Assembly: GCA_963711565.1 (NCBI GenBank)
Contig: CAVQEQ010000004.1
Span: forward strand, 128,001 to 192,000
Direction of reading: 5' to 3'
Length of the DNA: 64,000 nt
Origin: an uncultured delta proteobacterium
GTDB lineage: Bacteria; Desulfobacterota; Binatia; Binatales; Binataceae
Position numbers and translations under genes: made by a program. This document shows positions 37,201 to 45,664 of this stretch, piece by piece (the first letter of the stretch is position 1; every line of letters begins with the position of its first letter). A model generated the notes under the pieces. It searched no databases, was not told where the DNA came from, and saw only the letters and a list, made by a program, of their open reading frames with translations.

Positions 37201-37391
37201 ATGAATCGACCGCGAAAGTGGAAGAGCACGATGGCTCAAAGGTCCAGACGAGAGTCTTCACCGCCAACGCGACTGCCTCGAAGCAATGCGACGGCGAAAC
37301 TCCGCAGCGCTGCTGGGCTGCTGCGGGCGAGCAGGGCAGCACGCGCCTGAATGAGGCGCCGTGGTTCTCGGACGCGCCGTCGCACCCATAG
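34239..37391 (+). CDS. Large secreted Cys-rich protein with a distant GH-like barrel and inserted domains
   Basis: Signal peptide, GPNLL, AIGFYDT, YLNYFL, GMYVHDEP, MVDNYP, RPIGFVLE, MAWQAIFGGA..MLWS align with the two GH-like paralogs. Confidence 0.65.
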   Translation: MRITLSSLIAVLALMAGVAHAQPAPQLGPSVATMWPYTQTTGPNLLPSNPFGTVAGGCSLAGWTYHSQGGAEWSAVPDPIGGVESGNCVAQLTNAESSKFVQSASQSLSLSPGFYSIRCNVAAKDNNSGQISIQYVYAGKGTPPRSVKLAFGTNPNDPSSNTPSSLQTVVTGGSSPDPLCINLVNPAAVVVANPNDCRTSAWARTMIQLVAAINADPNYHAEILSHHTFPLSTALDPSQDGQEILTYCPAGATCPPYQAYPIGGSNLLNGYNCRVGGMNTAFGANRIYGNHPGWVTPTPHGSLGEVSPSASKVMLWLQTWSKPSGTGYWGFGKGTGLFRLADPDANIMVRFPNFLHTYIDTLASGADLKVDYRSVTGAACAGAPDCGSGQCEMELLSGDSIIAHQCVRPSKTWQTISGFGFGAKPDGDYTVQLAGIASIRPSAKISKLAYIPVAWNGFFDANNWLHKRIPGAFSHANTSSDGLDFSGPLLAIGFYDTQAAHLDLAGNECVLNGVAGTPLGISSISESGTTVIVATAGPHGLKSGGNVGIAQLHSPLAAAAYDNSNFGPITVTDSTHFTFIATAGLPSDNNDGVIGGACPGGQGFIGDVARNARLDLYLNYFLATTDTAAVVQLGHALQKEPGGGILRIDSVNQSFFPWKGYDPELTGNVLSGDPAHTGCYCTCTSNANPACAAATDPKNNKTWNVAGYCGANNSTLGRPSYYVGDLCAPGFFDDLDHRLGGGGNNPPGLGSASTSAQTGDPSFFGMYVHDEPTIEFLPKVQSLTQYIRTYSRSAVTFGAFAGGFMQTPNQLSTWRNVNDVPMVDNYPVAYHLPIGGNSPTTYPTLTPDPTRFPASAGLQQSVWKLLLSLNGNPTTSPITPGTRPIGFVLEDWGAPNLTRWATFFQAENMAWQAIFGGANVMMLWSAGTLGELYIRSCPDFGKNAVACQAEHKATVAIPLLQELVLYNPFIVSTDKHGVPGLPAGVFGYESTAKVEEHDGSKVQTRVFTANATASKQCDGETPQRCWAAAGEQGSTRLNEAPWFSDAPSHP

Positions 37392-37403
37392 CAGGCTGAC
37401 ATC

Positions 37404-37412
37404 TGGTATAAT
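37404..37412 (+). promoter_or_regulatory. Extended -10 promoter element
   Basis: TGGTATAAT (TGn + perfect TATAAT) upstream of the second sulfotransferase. Confidence 0.5.
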
Positions 37413-37452
37413 TCACCGCGCGCGGATGACGATGGGAATTCAACCGAATCTT

Positions 37453-38397
37453 ATGGACACGAAACGAGTTGGCAACGGAAAAGCATTGCGCCTTCCCGAC
37501 TTTATCCACGCCGGCCCGGCGCGATGCGGGACCACGTGGTTGCATGAGGCGCTAAGCCCCCACGTGCGCCTTCCCCTGGAAAAGGAGACGCTGTTTTTTG
37601 AGTATCACTACGAGCGCGGGATTCAGTGGTATGGCGATCTTTTCAGAACCGCGTCGCCGGACGTTCCATGTGGAGAGATCGCACCTTCCTATTTCGCCAA
37701 CGCCGTTGTCCGCGAAAGGATTCGCAAGGACCTTCCGGATTGCAAGATAATGTGCACCTTTCGCGATCCAGCGACGCGCTTGTACTCGCAGTATCGGATG
37801 TTGCGCAGGGGCGGCACCTTGGAACGGTCGATTAATTTCACCCGGTACTACAGGTTGCTCGTGCATTGGGGCGGCGACATTTGCGGCTACGCGACCCAGC
37901 TGCGCAGATGGCAGCAGACCTTCGGCGAGCATCACGTGCTGGCTTTGTTCTACGAGGACCTGATGACCGATCCGCAGGCGTACCTGGACCAGGTCTGCAA
38001 CTACATCGGCACGCCCAGGTTCCCGCTGGAAAAATCGCCGGTAGCCGACGTGAAAGTTATGTCGATCTGGTCGCGCCCGCGAGACAACCGCGCGTCCAGA
38101 CTTGCCGCGGGTTCTTTTCACTGGCTCGCTCAACATGGCGCGCATGCGCTGATACAACGCGCCAAGCAGACCTCGATTGGACAGCGGATGCGCGCTCTGC
38201 TGGTCGAAGACTATGAATCTCTCAGCCAATCCTCGATCGACGAAGTCCGGCACCTCATGCTCCCTGACACTGAAGAGCTGGAACGAATGACGGGAAGAGA
38301 CCTCTCGCGCTGGAAGCCCGGCGCCGCGAGCAACGGCAAGCCGGCGCGCGAATACACGCGTTCTCTACCCGGCAGGCTGATGGATCGCCGGGTCTGA
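37453..38397 (+). CDS. PAPS-dependent sulfotransferase (paralog of 33325-34230; start may be 37426-37453)
   Basis: GPARCGTTWL, KETLFF, GEIAPSY, FRDPATRLYS, PDTEELERMTGRDLS.W shared with the first copy. Confidence 0.9.
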   Translation: MDTKRVGNGKALRLPDFIHAGPARCGTTWLHEALSPHVRLPLEKETLFFEYHYERGIQWYGDLFRTASPDVPCGEIAPSYFANAVVRERIRKDLPDCKIMCTFRDPATRLYSQYRMLRRGGTLERSINFTRYYRLLVHWGGDICGYATQLRRWQQTFGEHHVLALFYEDLMTDPQAYLDQVCNYIGTPRFPLEKSPVADVKVMSIWSRPRDNRASRLAAGSFHWLAQHGAHALIQRAKQTSIGQRMRALLVEDYESLSQSSIDEVRHLMLPDTEELERMTGRDLSRWKPGAASNGKPAREYTRSLPGRLMDRRV

Positions 38398-38412
38398 AAC
38401 GAAAGCGCCGGT

Positions 38413-39213
38413 ATGCAGAAGGATCTGATCTACGACGTGGGCTTCCACCATGGGGAAGACACGGAATTTTATCTGGCGAAAGGCTTCAAAGTAGTAGCGA
38501 TCGAGGCGCATCCCGGGCTTTATCGCGCGGGCCTCGAGAAGTTTGCCGACCACATAGAATCAGGACGGCTCGTCCTGTTGAACCTTGCCGTTGCCGAGAC
38601 TTCCGGACCGATCACCTTCTTCGAGAGTGACAATGACGTCTGGGGCAGCATCAATCGCGATGCCGCCATGCGCAACGTGCGGCTCGGCGCGGGTTGGCGC
38701 GAGATCACGGTTGAGGGCAGGCGGTTCGCCGAGATTCTCCGCCAGTTCGGCACTCCCTATTTCATGAAGGTGGATATCGAGGGCGCCGACTCGCTGTGTC
38801 TGAAAGCTCTCGCGGAGTTCGACGACCGCCCGCGGTATGTGTCTATCGAAGCGGAGGTAGACGTCCTCTCCGCTATCCGTCGGGAGATATCAACCCTGAA
38901 CAGCCTCGGCTATCGCAAATTCAAGATCGTGCGGCAGGGCCATGTACCCCTTCAATCCTGCCCCTCGCCGGCACGCGAGGGACGGTTCGTCGAGTACAAG
39001 TTCCCCTATGGTTCGAGCGGAATGTTCGGTGAAGAGGCCCCCGGCGATTGGGTCAGCGGCGACGCGGCAGTCGAGGGATACCGCAGGATCGTGCGCGTCC
39101 AGCGTTTCTTCGGCGACAAGGGATGGGTCCGCCGGCTTCCGCTCAGCACCAAGATAATCAACTTCATCCGGCCGGACGTGAGCTGGTACGACACGCATGC
39201 AAGTCTCGCCTAG
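38413..39213 (+). CDS. FkbM family methyltransferase
   Basis: LIYDVG.H.GEDT..YL..G..VVAIEAHP, MKVDIEGAD. Confidence 0.9.
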   Translation: MQKDLIYDVGFHHGEDTEFYLAKGFKVVAIEAHPGLYRAGLEKFADHIESGRLVLLNLAVAETSGPITFFESDNDVWGSINRDAAMRNVRLGAGWREITVEGRRFAEILRQFGTPYFMKVDIEGADSLCLKALAEFDDRPRYVSIEAEVDVLSAIRREISTLNSLGYRKFKIVRQGHVPLQSCPSPAREGRFVEYKFPYGSSGMFGEEAPGDWVSGDAAVEGYRRIVRVQRFFGDKGWVRRLPLSTKIINFIRPDVSWYDTHASLA

Positions 39214-39370
39214 CAGGGTGTTGAAGAACTCGATGCAACTGGTGGATTTGATTTCAAGCGCTTCAACACGCTGCGTAGAAACTGCCTTCTTACCTACAAC
39301 ATCTCCCCCTTTGGGGGAGAAAAGAGAGGGGGAGCAGGCGCTGAAAATTACTCTTTCAACAGCCTGCTAG
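39210..39370. mobile_element. ~153-bp MITE-like non-autonomous element flanked by a CTAG duplication
   Basis: CTAG-CAGGGTGTTGAA ... TTCAACAGCCTG-CTAG terminal inverted repeats (11/12 match); no ORF; internal hairpin TCTCCCCC-ttt-GGGGGAGA. Confidence 0.65.
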
Positions 39371-39384
39371 GCAGGCAACCCGAC

Positions 39385-40455
39385 TTGCAACCGCTCGTCA
39401 GCATCATCATCGACAATTTCAACTACGCACGGTTTCTCGGCGCGGCGATCGACAGTGCCCTTGCACAGAGCTATGCACCCGTCGAAGTCGTGGTCGTCGA
39501 TGACGGCTCGACCGACAACTCCCGCGAGGTGATTTCGCGCTACGGCGACAGGGTGTCAGCGATCTTCAAGCCAAACGGCGGCCATGCTTCTGCGTTCAAC
39601 GCCGGCTTTGGCGCGAGTCACGGTAGCATCGTGATGTTCCTCGACGCCGACGACGCGCTGCTGCCCATCGCCGTCGAGGAGGTCGTGCGAGCGTGGCACG
39701 AAGGTGTCGCCAAGGCGCAATTCGTGCTGGCTCATATCGACGCAGAGGGCCGCCCGCTTGGCGGAACCGTTCCATATTTGCCGGCGCAAATGCCGGAGGG
39801 CGACATCCGCGCATCGATACTCGATGCGGGCGGCTACATCGGAGTGCCGACGAGCGGCAACGCTTTCGCGCGATCGGTCCTCGAGCGCCTGCTGCCGTTG
39901 CCGGAATCGAATTGGCGTCAGGCGGCGGACACTTCGCTTGAAATCATCGCCCCGTTTTTGGGCGATGTCGTTTCGCTTGGAAAAACTCTGGGGTGCTACC
40001 GGATTCACGAGTCCAATCACGGCATGCTGCGCGACGATCTCGATTCGCGCAAACTGCGCGTCAAGATAGTCATCGATCTGCAACGCGAATCCGCGCTGTC
40101 CGAGTTCGCCAGAATGTCGGGGTTCACGATCCCGCCCGATTGGGCCGCGCGTGAGCCGGCGCATCTGAAGTATCGGCTGGCCTCACTGCGCCTCGATCCA
40201 ACCCATCACCCGATAATGGATGATCGGGCGACGCGCCTGATGCTGATGGGACTGAGATCCACCTGGCGGAATCCCGGATACAATCTTCGAGGCCGGCTCT
40301 TTCACACGGCGTGGTTTCCGCTCGCCGCGCTGCTGCCGCAAGCCGCGGCTGTGAAAATAATCCGGCGTGGATTGCTGCCCGGTCGCCGACGCGGGCAGTA
40401 TCAAGCTGAGGACTCGGTGCAATCTCCGATCGTCAGCGAGGGGCGGTTGCGATGA
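39385..40455 (+). CDS. GT2 glycosyltransferase (paralog of 28200-29231)
   Basis: VSIIIDNFNY, VVVDDGSTD, NGGHASAFNAGF, FLDADD, ASLRLDP..HP shared with the paralog. Confidence 0.92.
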   Translation: MQPLVSIIIDNFNYARFLGAAIDSALAQSYAPVEVVVVDDGSTDNSREVISRYGDRVSAIFKPNGGHASAFNAGFGASHGSIVMFLDADDALLPIAVEEVVRAWHEGVAKAQFVLAHIDAEGRPLGGTVPYLPAQMPEGDIRASILDAGGYIGVPTSGNAFARSVLERLLPLPESNWRQAADTSLEIIAPFLGDVVSLGKTLGCYRIHESNHGMLRDDLDSRKLRVKIVIDLQRESALSEFARMSGFTIPPDWAAREPAHLKYRLASLRLDPTHHPIMDDRATRLMLMGLRSTWRNPGYNLRGRLFHTAWFPLAALLPQAAAVKIIRRGLLPGRRRGQYQAEDSVQSPIVSEGRLR

Positions 40456-41260
40456 GAAAGAAGCGCGCCGCGACGAGCGGCGACTCCGCCGAAAACGGCA
40501 CAAAAGCATTCTGTCCCGGACCGCTCATCCATAGTTGATACCCAAGCCCTTCGAGCGAGTCCGCTATCGACTTGACTGATCCGCCGAACTTTTCGAGTCC
40601 GCACCCGACATGCATTTCGACGAAGCAATCGGGGCGATGAAGCGAGAGCGAGTCGGCGGCTCCCCGCAGCACTTTCGTTTCGAATCCCTCAACGTCTACA
40701 AACAGAACGTCGGGAGCGCCAAATCGCCGCGTCAGCTCATCGACGGTGACGCTCGACACGGAAATTTTACCCCACGCGCCCGTGCCGTCATCGACTTGTC
40801 CGTTCCCGCGCCAATTGAATTCGATCGGGTCCAAAGTGTCTGAGACCGCCGCGTGGACGGCTGTAACGTTGCCGGCTTCATTCAGGCGGATATTCCGGTT
40901 TGCCGCATCATAGTTATGCGGACTGGCCTCGACCGCGACGACTTTTCCGGTCGCGCCAACAAACTTCGCCAGGATCATCGCGATTACACACTGATGCGCG
41001 CCGCAATCGAACACGGTCGCGCCCGAACGCAGGCGATGTTGCGCCAGGAACGACATTTCAGGCGGTGTCTCTGGCGAGTCGTGGTCGTACCAGCTCCGCG
41101 CCGTCGGATCCGAGATCCACAGCTCGAACGGATACCCCGCCCATGACCGGCGCACCCGGTACGGCCGGAACCGTCGCAGCGTCCAACGATACGCCGCCAC
41201 CCGGATTCGGTTCGTGACGGCCATTGGAAGCACCGATTTGGCAGCGCTCCTGATGCTCAT
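40433..41260 (-). CDS. FkbM family methyltransferase
   Basis: VFDCGAHQ, VVAVEASP.N, AAVSD, VDVEGFETKVLRGA. Confidence 0.9.
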   Translation of the reverse strand: MSIRSAAKSVLPMAVTNRIRVAAYRWTLRRFRPYRVRRSWAGYPFELWISDPTARSWYDHDSPETPPEMSFLAQHRLRSGATVFDCGAHQCVIAMILAKFVGATGKVVAVEASPHNYDAANRNIRLNEAGNVTAVHAAVSDTLDPIEFNWRGNGQVDDGTGAWGKISVSSVTVDELTRRFGAPDVLFVDVEGFETKVLRGAADSLSLHRPDCFVEMHVGCGLEKFGGSVKSIADSLEGLGYQLWMSGPGQNAFVPFSAESPLVAARFFLIATAPR

Positions 41261-41429
41261 ACGGGTGAGGCCACTGTCGCATCGGCTGGAAGCCTTTGCA
41301 ATCTTCGCGCAGCCGCGTCGTCGCGACTATCACTCCAACGGCTCAAGCTCTTTTCTGAATCTATCGCCAACTTGTCCATGGTTCATTACGACTATACAGT
41401 TTCGAATGAACGCTGAGAGAGGATCACCG

Positions 41430-42281
41430 ATGCCTGCCAGAAATCTGCTGACTCCGCGACCAACACCTTCGGTATTGGAGCGTGCGGCTTTCAGGTTGCG
41501 CCGCGCGTCCGAGAAGATGGGCCTGACCAGCCCGGCCAGAATCGAGGTGAAGCCCGGATTCTTCGACCAATATCCGCGGTTCTATTCCACCAGCGTACTC
41601 AATGCCATTCCGCAGCGCTTGAACGAGCGATACCGCGCGCTAATCGCCGCCAATGAATCTCTCATACGAGATCGCACGATTCTCGACATGGGCTCCCACG
41701 ACGGCCGCTGGAGTTTCGCGGCACTGAAAGCCGGTGCTCGTCACGTCATCGGAATCGAGGGGCGCCCGCACCTGGTGGATTACTCGATAGCCACGATGCA
41801 GGAATACGGAATTTCCCCGGAGCGCTACCGGTTCGTAGCGGGAGACGTCTTCGATCAAATCGACCTCGTACCAACTGGCAGCATAGATACTCTTTTCTGC
41901 TTCGGGTTTTTCTATCACACGGCCAACCATATGCTGCTGTTGTCGAAGATCGGCCGCCTCAATCCGCAACATCTCATCCTGGATACGGATATCTACGGCT
42001 CGTCTACCGATTGCGCCGTCTTTTTGAAGATGGAGGAGATTGCTCACGAGGGGAGTTCTATCGTGAGTCAACCAGCGGATCCTCTTCACTCGTTGGTCGG
42101 TAAGCCGAGTCGAAGTGCGCTCGAAACGATGCTGACAAGCTTTGGATGGACCTTTTCGTACTACGACTGGCATAGCGTCGGCATCACTAACTGGAACGGT
42201 TTGAGCGACTATCAAGGCGGCTGGCGCGTTTCACTTGTGGCAAGCCGAAGCTCCAGCCCGGACTCAAGCCTGGTGGCCTGA
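41430..42281 (+). CDS. Class I SAM-dependent methyltransferase
   Basis: ILDMGSHDGRWSFAALKAGA.HVIGIEGR, FCFGFFYH; GAGAGGA RBS. Confidence 0.85.
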   Translation: MPARNLLTPRPTPSVLERAAFRLRRASEKMGLTSPARIEVKPGFFDQYPRFYSTSVLNAIPQRLNERYRALIAANESLIRDRTILDMGSHDGRWSFAALKAGARHVIGIEGRPHLVDYSIATMQEYGISPERYRFVAGDVFDQIDLVPTGSIDTLFCFGFFYHTANHMLLLSKIGRLNPQHLILDTDIYGSSTDCAVFLKMEEIAHEGSSIVSQPADPLHSLVGKPSRSALETMLTSFGWTFSYYDWHSVGITNWNGLSDYQGGWRVSLVASRSSSPDSSLVA

Positions 42282-43433
42282 CTGAGCTTCGCGATATAGG
42301 CTCTCATACTCGGTAGCGATCGAATCCCACGAGTACTCCGCTTCGGCTTTGCGCCGTGCTTCGCGCGACAGTGATTCGCACAGCTTGGGGTCCGTTAGCA
42401 GCCGGACCACAGCTTCGGTGAATTTTCCGTCGTCATCGGCGACCATCGCGTCCTGGCCGTCGATCAATGGTGTCCCGGAGAGGCTGCGCGAGGTTGCGAC
42501 GATAGGCGCGCCACTCGCCATCGCCTCGAGAATCTTGTTCTTTACGCCGAGTCCAAATCTGAGCGGACTGGCGTACACGGCCGCGCTCCAGATCCACGGC
42601 CGGATGTCGGCGACCGTCCCCGTCACGTGAACTCCGGGAATCTTCGCCAGGCCTTGAACCCGTGCCGATGGATCCGCGCCGACGATCCAGAATGACGCTG
42701 CGGGAATCCGGCTTCGAACCCCCGGCATGAGATCACGGGCAAAACGCTCCGCCGCATCTTCATTCGGCGGCCAGCTCATGTTGCCGGTGAAGACGATGCG
42801 GCCTGCTTCAGGGGCCGGACGGTGCGCGTAATACTCCAGGTCAATGCCGTAGGGTATCGAGACGATTCGATCCTTGCTGACCGCGCCTGACAGCGCTTCA
42901 GCATCGAAAGGCGATGTGACTACGACTCGATCCGCGTAGCGAAACCATCGGCGCTCGTGGCGACGAGCCAGCATCGAAAGAAGCTTGAGACGAATCCGCT
43001 TTTGCGGCGCGGCGGTAAAGCCGGCGAATTCCTCGAAGCGCAGCGCCTTCGAGTCGTGGACGCTGAGAACCACCGGCACGCCGCGCGAGGCCGAGCGCAG
43101 CAGCGGCGCCAGTCCTCCGCCTTCGAGATGCAGCACGTCGGGGCGAAGATTAGCGACCGCGTCGCCGACGCAGCGAGCCAGCGAAGGATCGGGCGCGCCG
43201 CTTATCGCTCGAATCCTGGCCCGCATGCCGTGGCTGACCGGAAATATTGAAAAGGAGCGGCAATATTCGCGAGCCCACTCCGATTGCTCCTTGCCCTCGC
43301 CTCCATGCGCCAGCGCAATCAGGTGAACCTCGTGATGCTGGGACAGGTTGCGAACCAGGTTTGCAGGTGACACGCGGAAGCCATCATGACTCGGCAGCCA
43401 CGGGATCATCTCGGAGACGAGCAGAATCCTCAT
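42264..43433 (-). CDS. GT4 glycosyltransferase
   Basis: IVFTGNMSWPPNEDA, PLRFG.GVKNKILEAMASG.PIVAT. Confidence 0.92.
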   Translation of the reverse strand: MRILLVSEMIPWLPSHDGFRVSPANLVRNLSQHHEVHLIALAHGGEGKEQSEWAREYCRSFSIFPVSHGMRARIRAISGAPDPSLARCVGDAVANLRPDVLHLEGGGLAPLLRSASRGVPVVLSVHDSKALRFEEFAGFTAAPQKRIRLKLLSMLARRHERRWFRYADRVVVTSPFDAEALSGAVSKDRIVSIPYGIDLEYYAHRPAPEAGRIVFTGNMSWPPNEDAAERFARDLMPGVRSRIPAASFWIVGADPSARVQGLAKIPGVHVTGTVADIRPWIWSAAVYASPLRFGLGVKNKILEAMASGAPIVATSRSLSGTPLIDGQDAMVADDDGKFTEAVVRLLTDPKLCESLSREARRKAEAEYSWDSIATEYESLYREAQSGHQA

Positions 43434-44707
43434 CCGGTACGCAGACGTGGGCGCAAAAGGATGGGTCCCGCAGGCTCAGTCTGAGCGGCTACGGTCTTTC
43501 TGCTCAGCGCGGCGGCGTGCACACAGACCGCGTACATATTGGGCGTGAGCGAGATGAATACCCAGACTTCTTTTACGTACTCGGCCGTCAGAAAAAACTG
43601 CGCCACCATGATGCCGATCAGTCCGATCTGAAATGACAGCGCAAGGCCGGCGATATCCTTGGGCACGCCGGGCAGCTTCCTGGCTCTCCTGCACGTGAGC
43701 AGTGTCACACCCATAATCGCCAAATAGAGCGCCAGCGTGGGAATACCTCCCTCGGCGCCCAACTGTACGTAGGTGTTATGCGCGATATGAGCGTTAGGTT
43801 CGACGACCGCCAGCTTGGGGTTGTAGAGAAATTCGACCGATTTGAATTGGTCCAGCCCTATGCCGAAAACAGGATGAGCCTCCATCATATGCAGCCCTGA
43901 TCGGGCCAGCTCGAGGCGGGCTAACGCGGAGACTTCGGCGCCACCGCCCGTCTGCGCCTGCCCCCTGAGTGGAATCTGCTGGATTCGCTGGATGAATTGA
44001 CCGGGAGAAAGCGCGAACAATACGCCGGTTCCAGCCATGAGTCCCATCGTCAATCGAAACTTATGGCCTGAATTCAGCCACGCGATACCTGCCATCACGA
44101 CCAGCGCAAGGAGACCGCCACGCGATTGCGCAACGAACACCGCGAATGCGAGAAACGGGGCGCAAGCCCGGCCGATCCATCTCCCCAAAGCCCAGTCATC
44201 GTAGAGACTCAACCAGACGGCGAGCGGCACTGTCATGACCAATGAGAGCGCCTCGTAGTTGGGATCCGAAGAAGGGCCGATCGGCCTTATCCAATGATAA
44301 ATGTAGTACTGCTTGTACAGCCAGGTAGCGGCAAACGATTCGACCAGCACTAGCACTCGAACAGTCATGCGCAATCTGCGCTGAGTACTGACGAGAAGAC
44401 TTGTCGCCACTATCAGGATCGCAAAGGAAACCAGGGTCGATGCGTCGTCGCCGGGAAAAGCCACGTAAGACAGTGTCGTCCCGAGAAGCTGGAACAGCGC
44501 AAACGCGGTAAACAGCAGCAGTACTGTCGCGCTTGGCCGTGGCGCCGCATCCCGCGGCCGCGGCAGCAGCAACGCGGCGGCGAGCAGGGGAACTCCCACC
44601 AATTTGATGGGCGTGATGGGAAACGTCCCAACGTGAAAAAGCTGCGCCCCCAGGATCGGATGCTCCTGAAAAGGAACCAGAAACAGAAATAAAAAGTAGA
44701 GAGTCAC
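43430..44707 (-). CDS. O-antigen ligase/Wzy-like polymerase
   Basis: DPN..AL, QSRGG, HPVFGIG, AHNTYVQLGAE.G; multi-TM. Confidence 0.85.
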   Translation of the reverse strand: MTLYFLFLFLVPFQEHPILGAQLFHVGTFPITPIKLVGVPLLAAALLLPRPRDAAPRPSATVLLLFTAFALFQLLGTTLSYVAFPGDDASTLVSFAILIVATSLLVSTQRRLRMTVRVLVLVESFAATWLYKQYYIYHWIRPIGPSSDPNYEALSLVMTVPLAVWLSLYDDWALGRWIGRACAPFLAFAVFVAQSRGGLLALVVMAGIAWLNSGHKFRLTMGLMAGTGVLFALSPGQFIQRIQQIPLRGQAQTGGGAEVSALARLELARSGLHMMEAHPVFGIGLDQFKSVEFLYNPKLAVVEPNAHIAHNTYVQLGAEGGIPTLALYLAIMGVTLLTCRRARKLPGVPKDIAGLALSFQIGLIGIMVAQFFLTAEYVKEVWVFISLTPNMYAVCVHAAALSRKTVAAQTEPAGPILLRPRLRTG

Positions 44708-44740
44708 CGCGCTGAGTCCATCTCCCTCGTCAAGCGAACT

Positions 44741-45664
44741 TCACATGATTCTCGCGCGGAGGTGTTTCTGAATTCTTCCAAATAACGGCACCCGCTCCGA
44801 CCGGATCTCGCGCACATGCCGCAGCGAATCCGCATCGAGATTGCGGCGGTCCATTTGCGACAGCCCGCGCATCCCGTCCACGCATCCGCGCAGATACGCG
44901 GGAACCTGCATAGCGCGCAAAGAAAAAAACGCCATCGTGGCCAGATACGCAACCGCGCGCGGAATCGCCATCGACGCCGGAAACGAACGATAGATCACCC
45001 AGATTCCGTTTCGAGTGTAGTAGTAGTACACCCGCCAATTCGGGCGATGCTCCATCGCTGCGTGATGCGTCGTCGATACGCACGGCGTGTGCAACACCCG
45101 GTAGCCGCCGCCGATCAGTCGATAGCTGAGATCGACGCCCTCATGGCCGAGAAAGAATTCGGCCGGGTAACCACCCACCGACAGAACCTTTTCGCGGTCG
45201 AGCGCGCTCGCTCCCTCGAGAATGAAGTGGGTCTCAAACTCCCGCGACGCGTGCGAGATTGGCCGCGGATGACACCAGTCGCGCTCCAGTACCTTGCCAT
45301 CAAGCCCGGTGACCGTGAAGTTCAGGCACGCCAGCCGCAAGTCGCGCGCAAATGCGGATTCCACTTCCGCTATGCAGTTGGGACTCGACAGTTCCACGTC
45401 GTCATCGAGTGTAATCACGATTGGCGTGCCGGCCGCGCGCAGCCCGATATTGCGGCCCTCGCACCCGGCGTTGGAGGGCGCGGCGATATAGCGCACATTG
45501 GGGTATTCGGCCGCCAGCAGGCTCTTGAGTTCCGGCTCAGCAGCGTTGTCAACCACAATAATCTCGGCCACCTGGTCCGCGTACGGAAGCACCGATGCCA
45601 GCGAGCGCTTGAGATGTTGATGGCGCTTGTAAGTGAGGATCGAAATGGTGACCGCGCGACTCAT
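44741..45664 (-). CDS. GT2 glycosyltransferase
   Basis: IIVVDN, N.GCEGRNIG, TLDDD, FFLGHEGVDLSYR. Confidence 0.9.
   Translation of the reverse strand: MSRAVTISILTYKRHQHLKRSLASVLPYADQVAEIIVVDNAAEPELKSLLAAEYPNVRYIAAPSNAGCEGRNIGLRAAGTPIVITLDDDVELSSPNCIAEVESAFARDLRLACLNFTVTGLDGKVLERDWCHPRPISHASREFETHFILEGASALDREKVLSVGGYPAEFFLGHEGVDLSYRLIGGGYRVLHTPCVSTTHHAAMEHRPNWRVYYYYTRNGIWVIYRSFPASMAIPRAVAYLATMAFFSLRAMQVPAYLRGCVDGMRGLSQMDRRNLDADSLRHVREIRSERVPLFGRIQKHLRARIM

Noticed and set aside
40433-42281. Short convergent 3' overlaps (40433-40455 and 42264-42281)
   Set aside because: Common in compact high-GC genomes; no evidence of a special function
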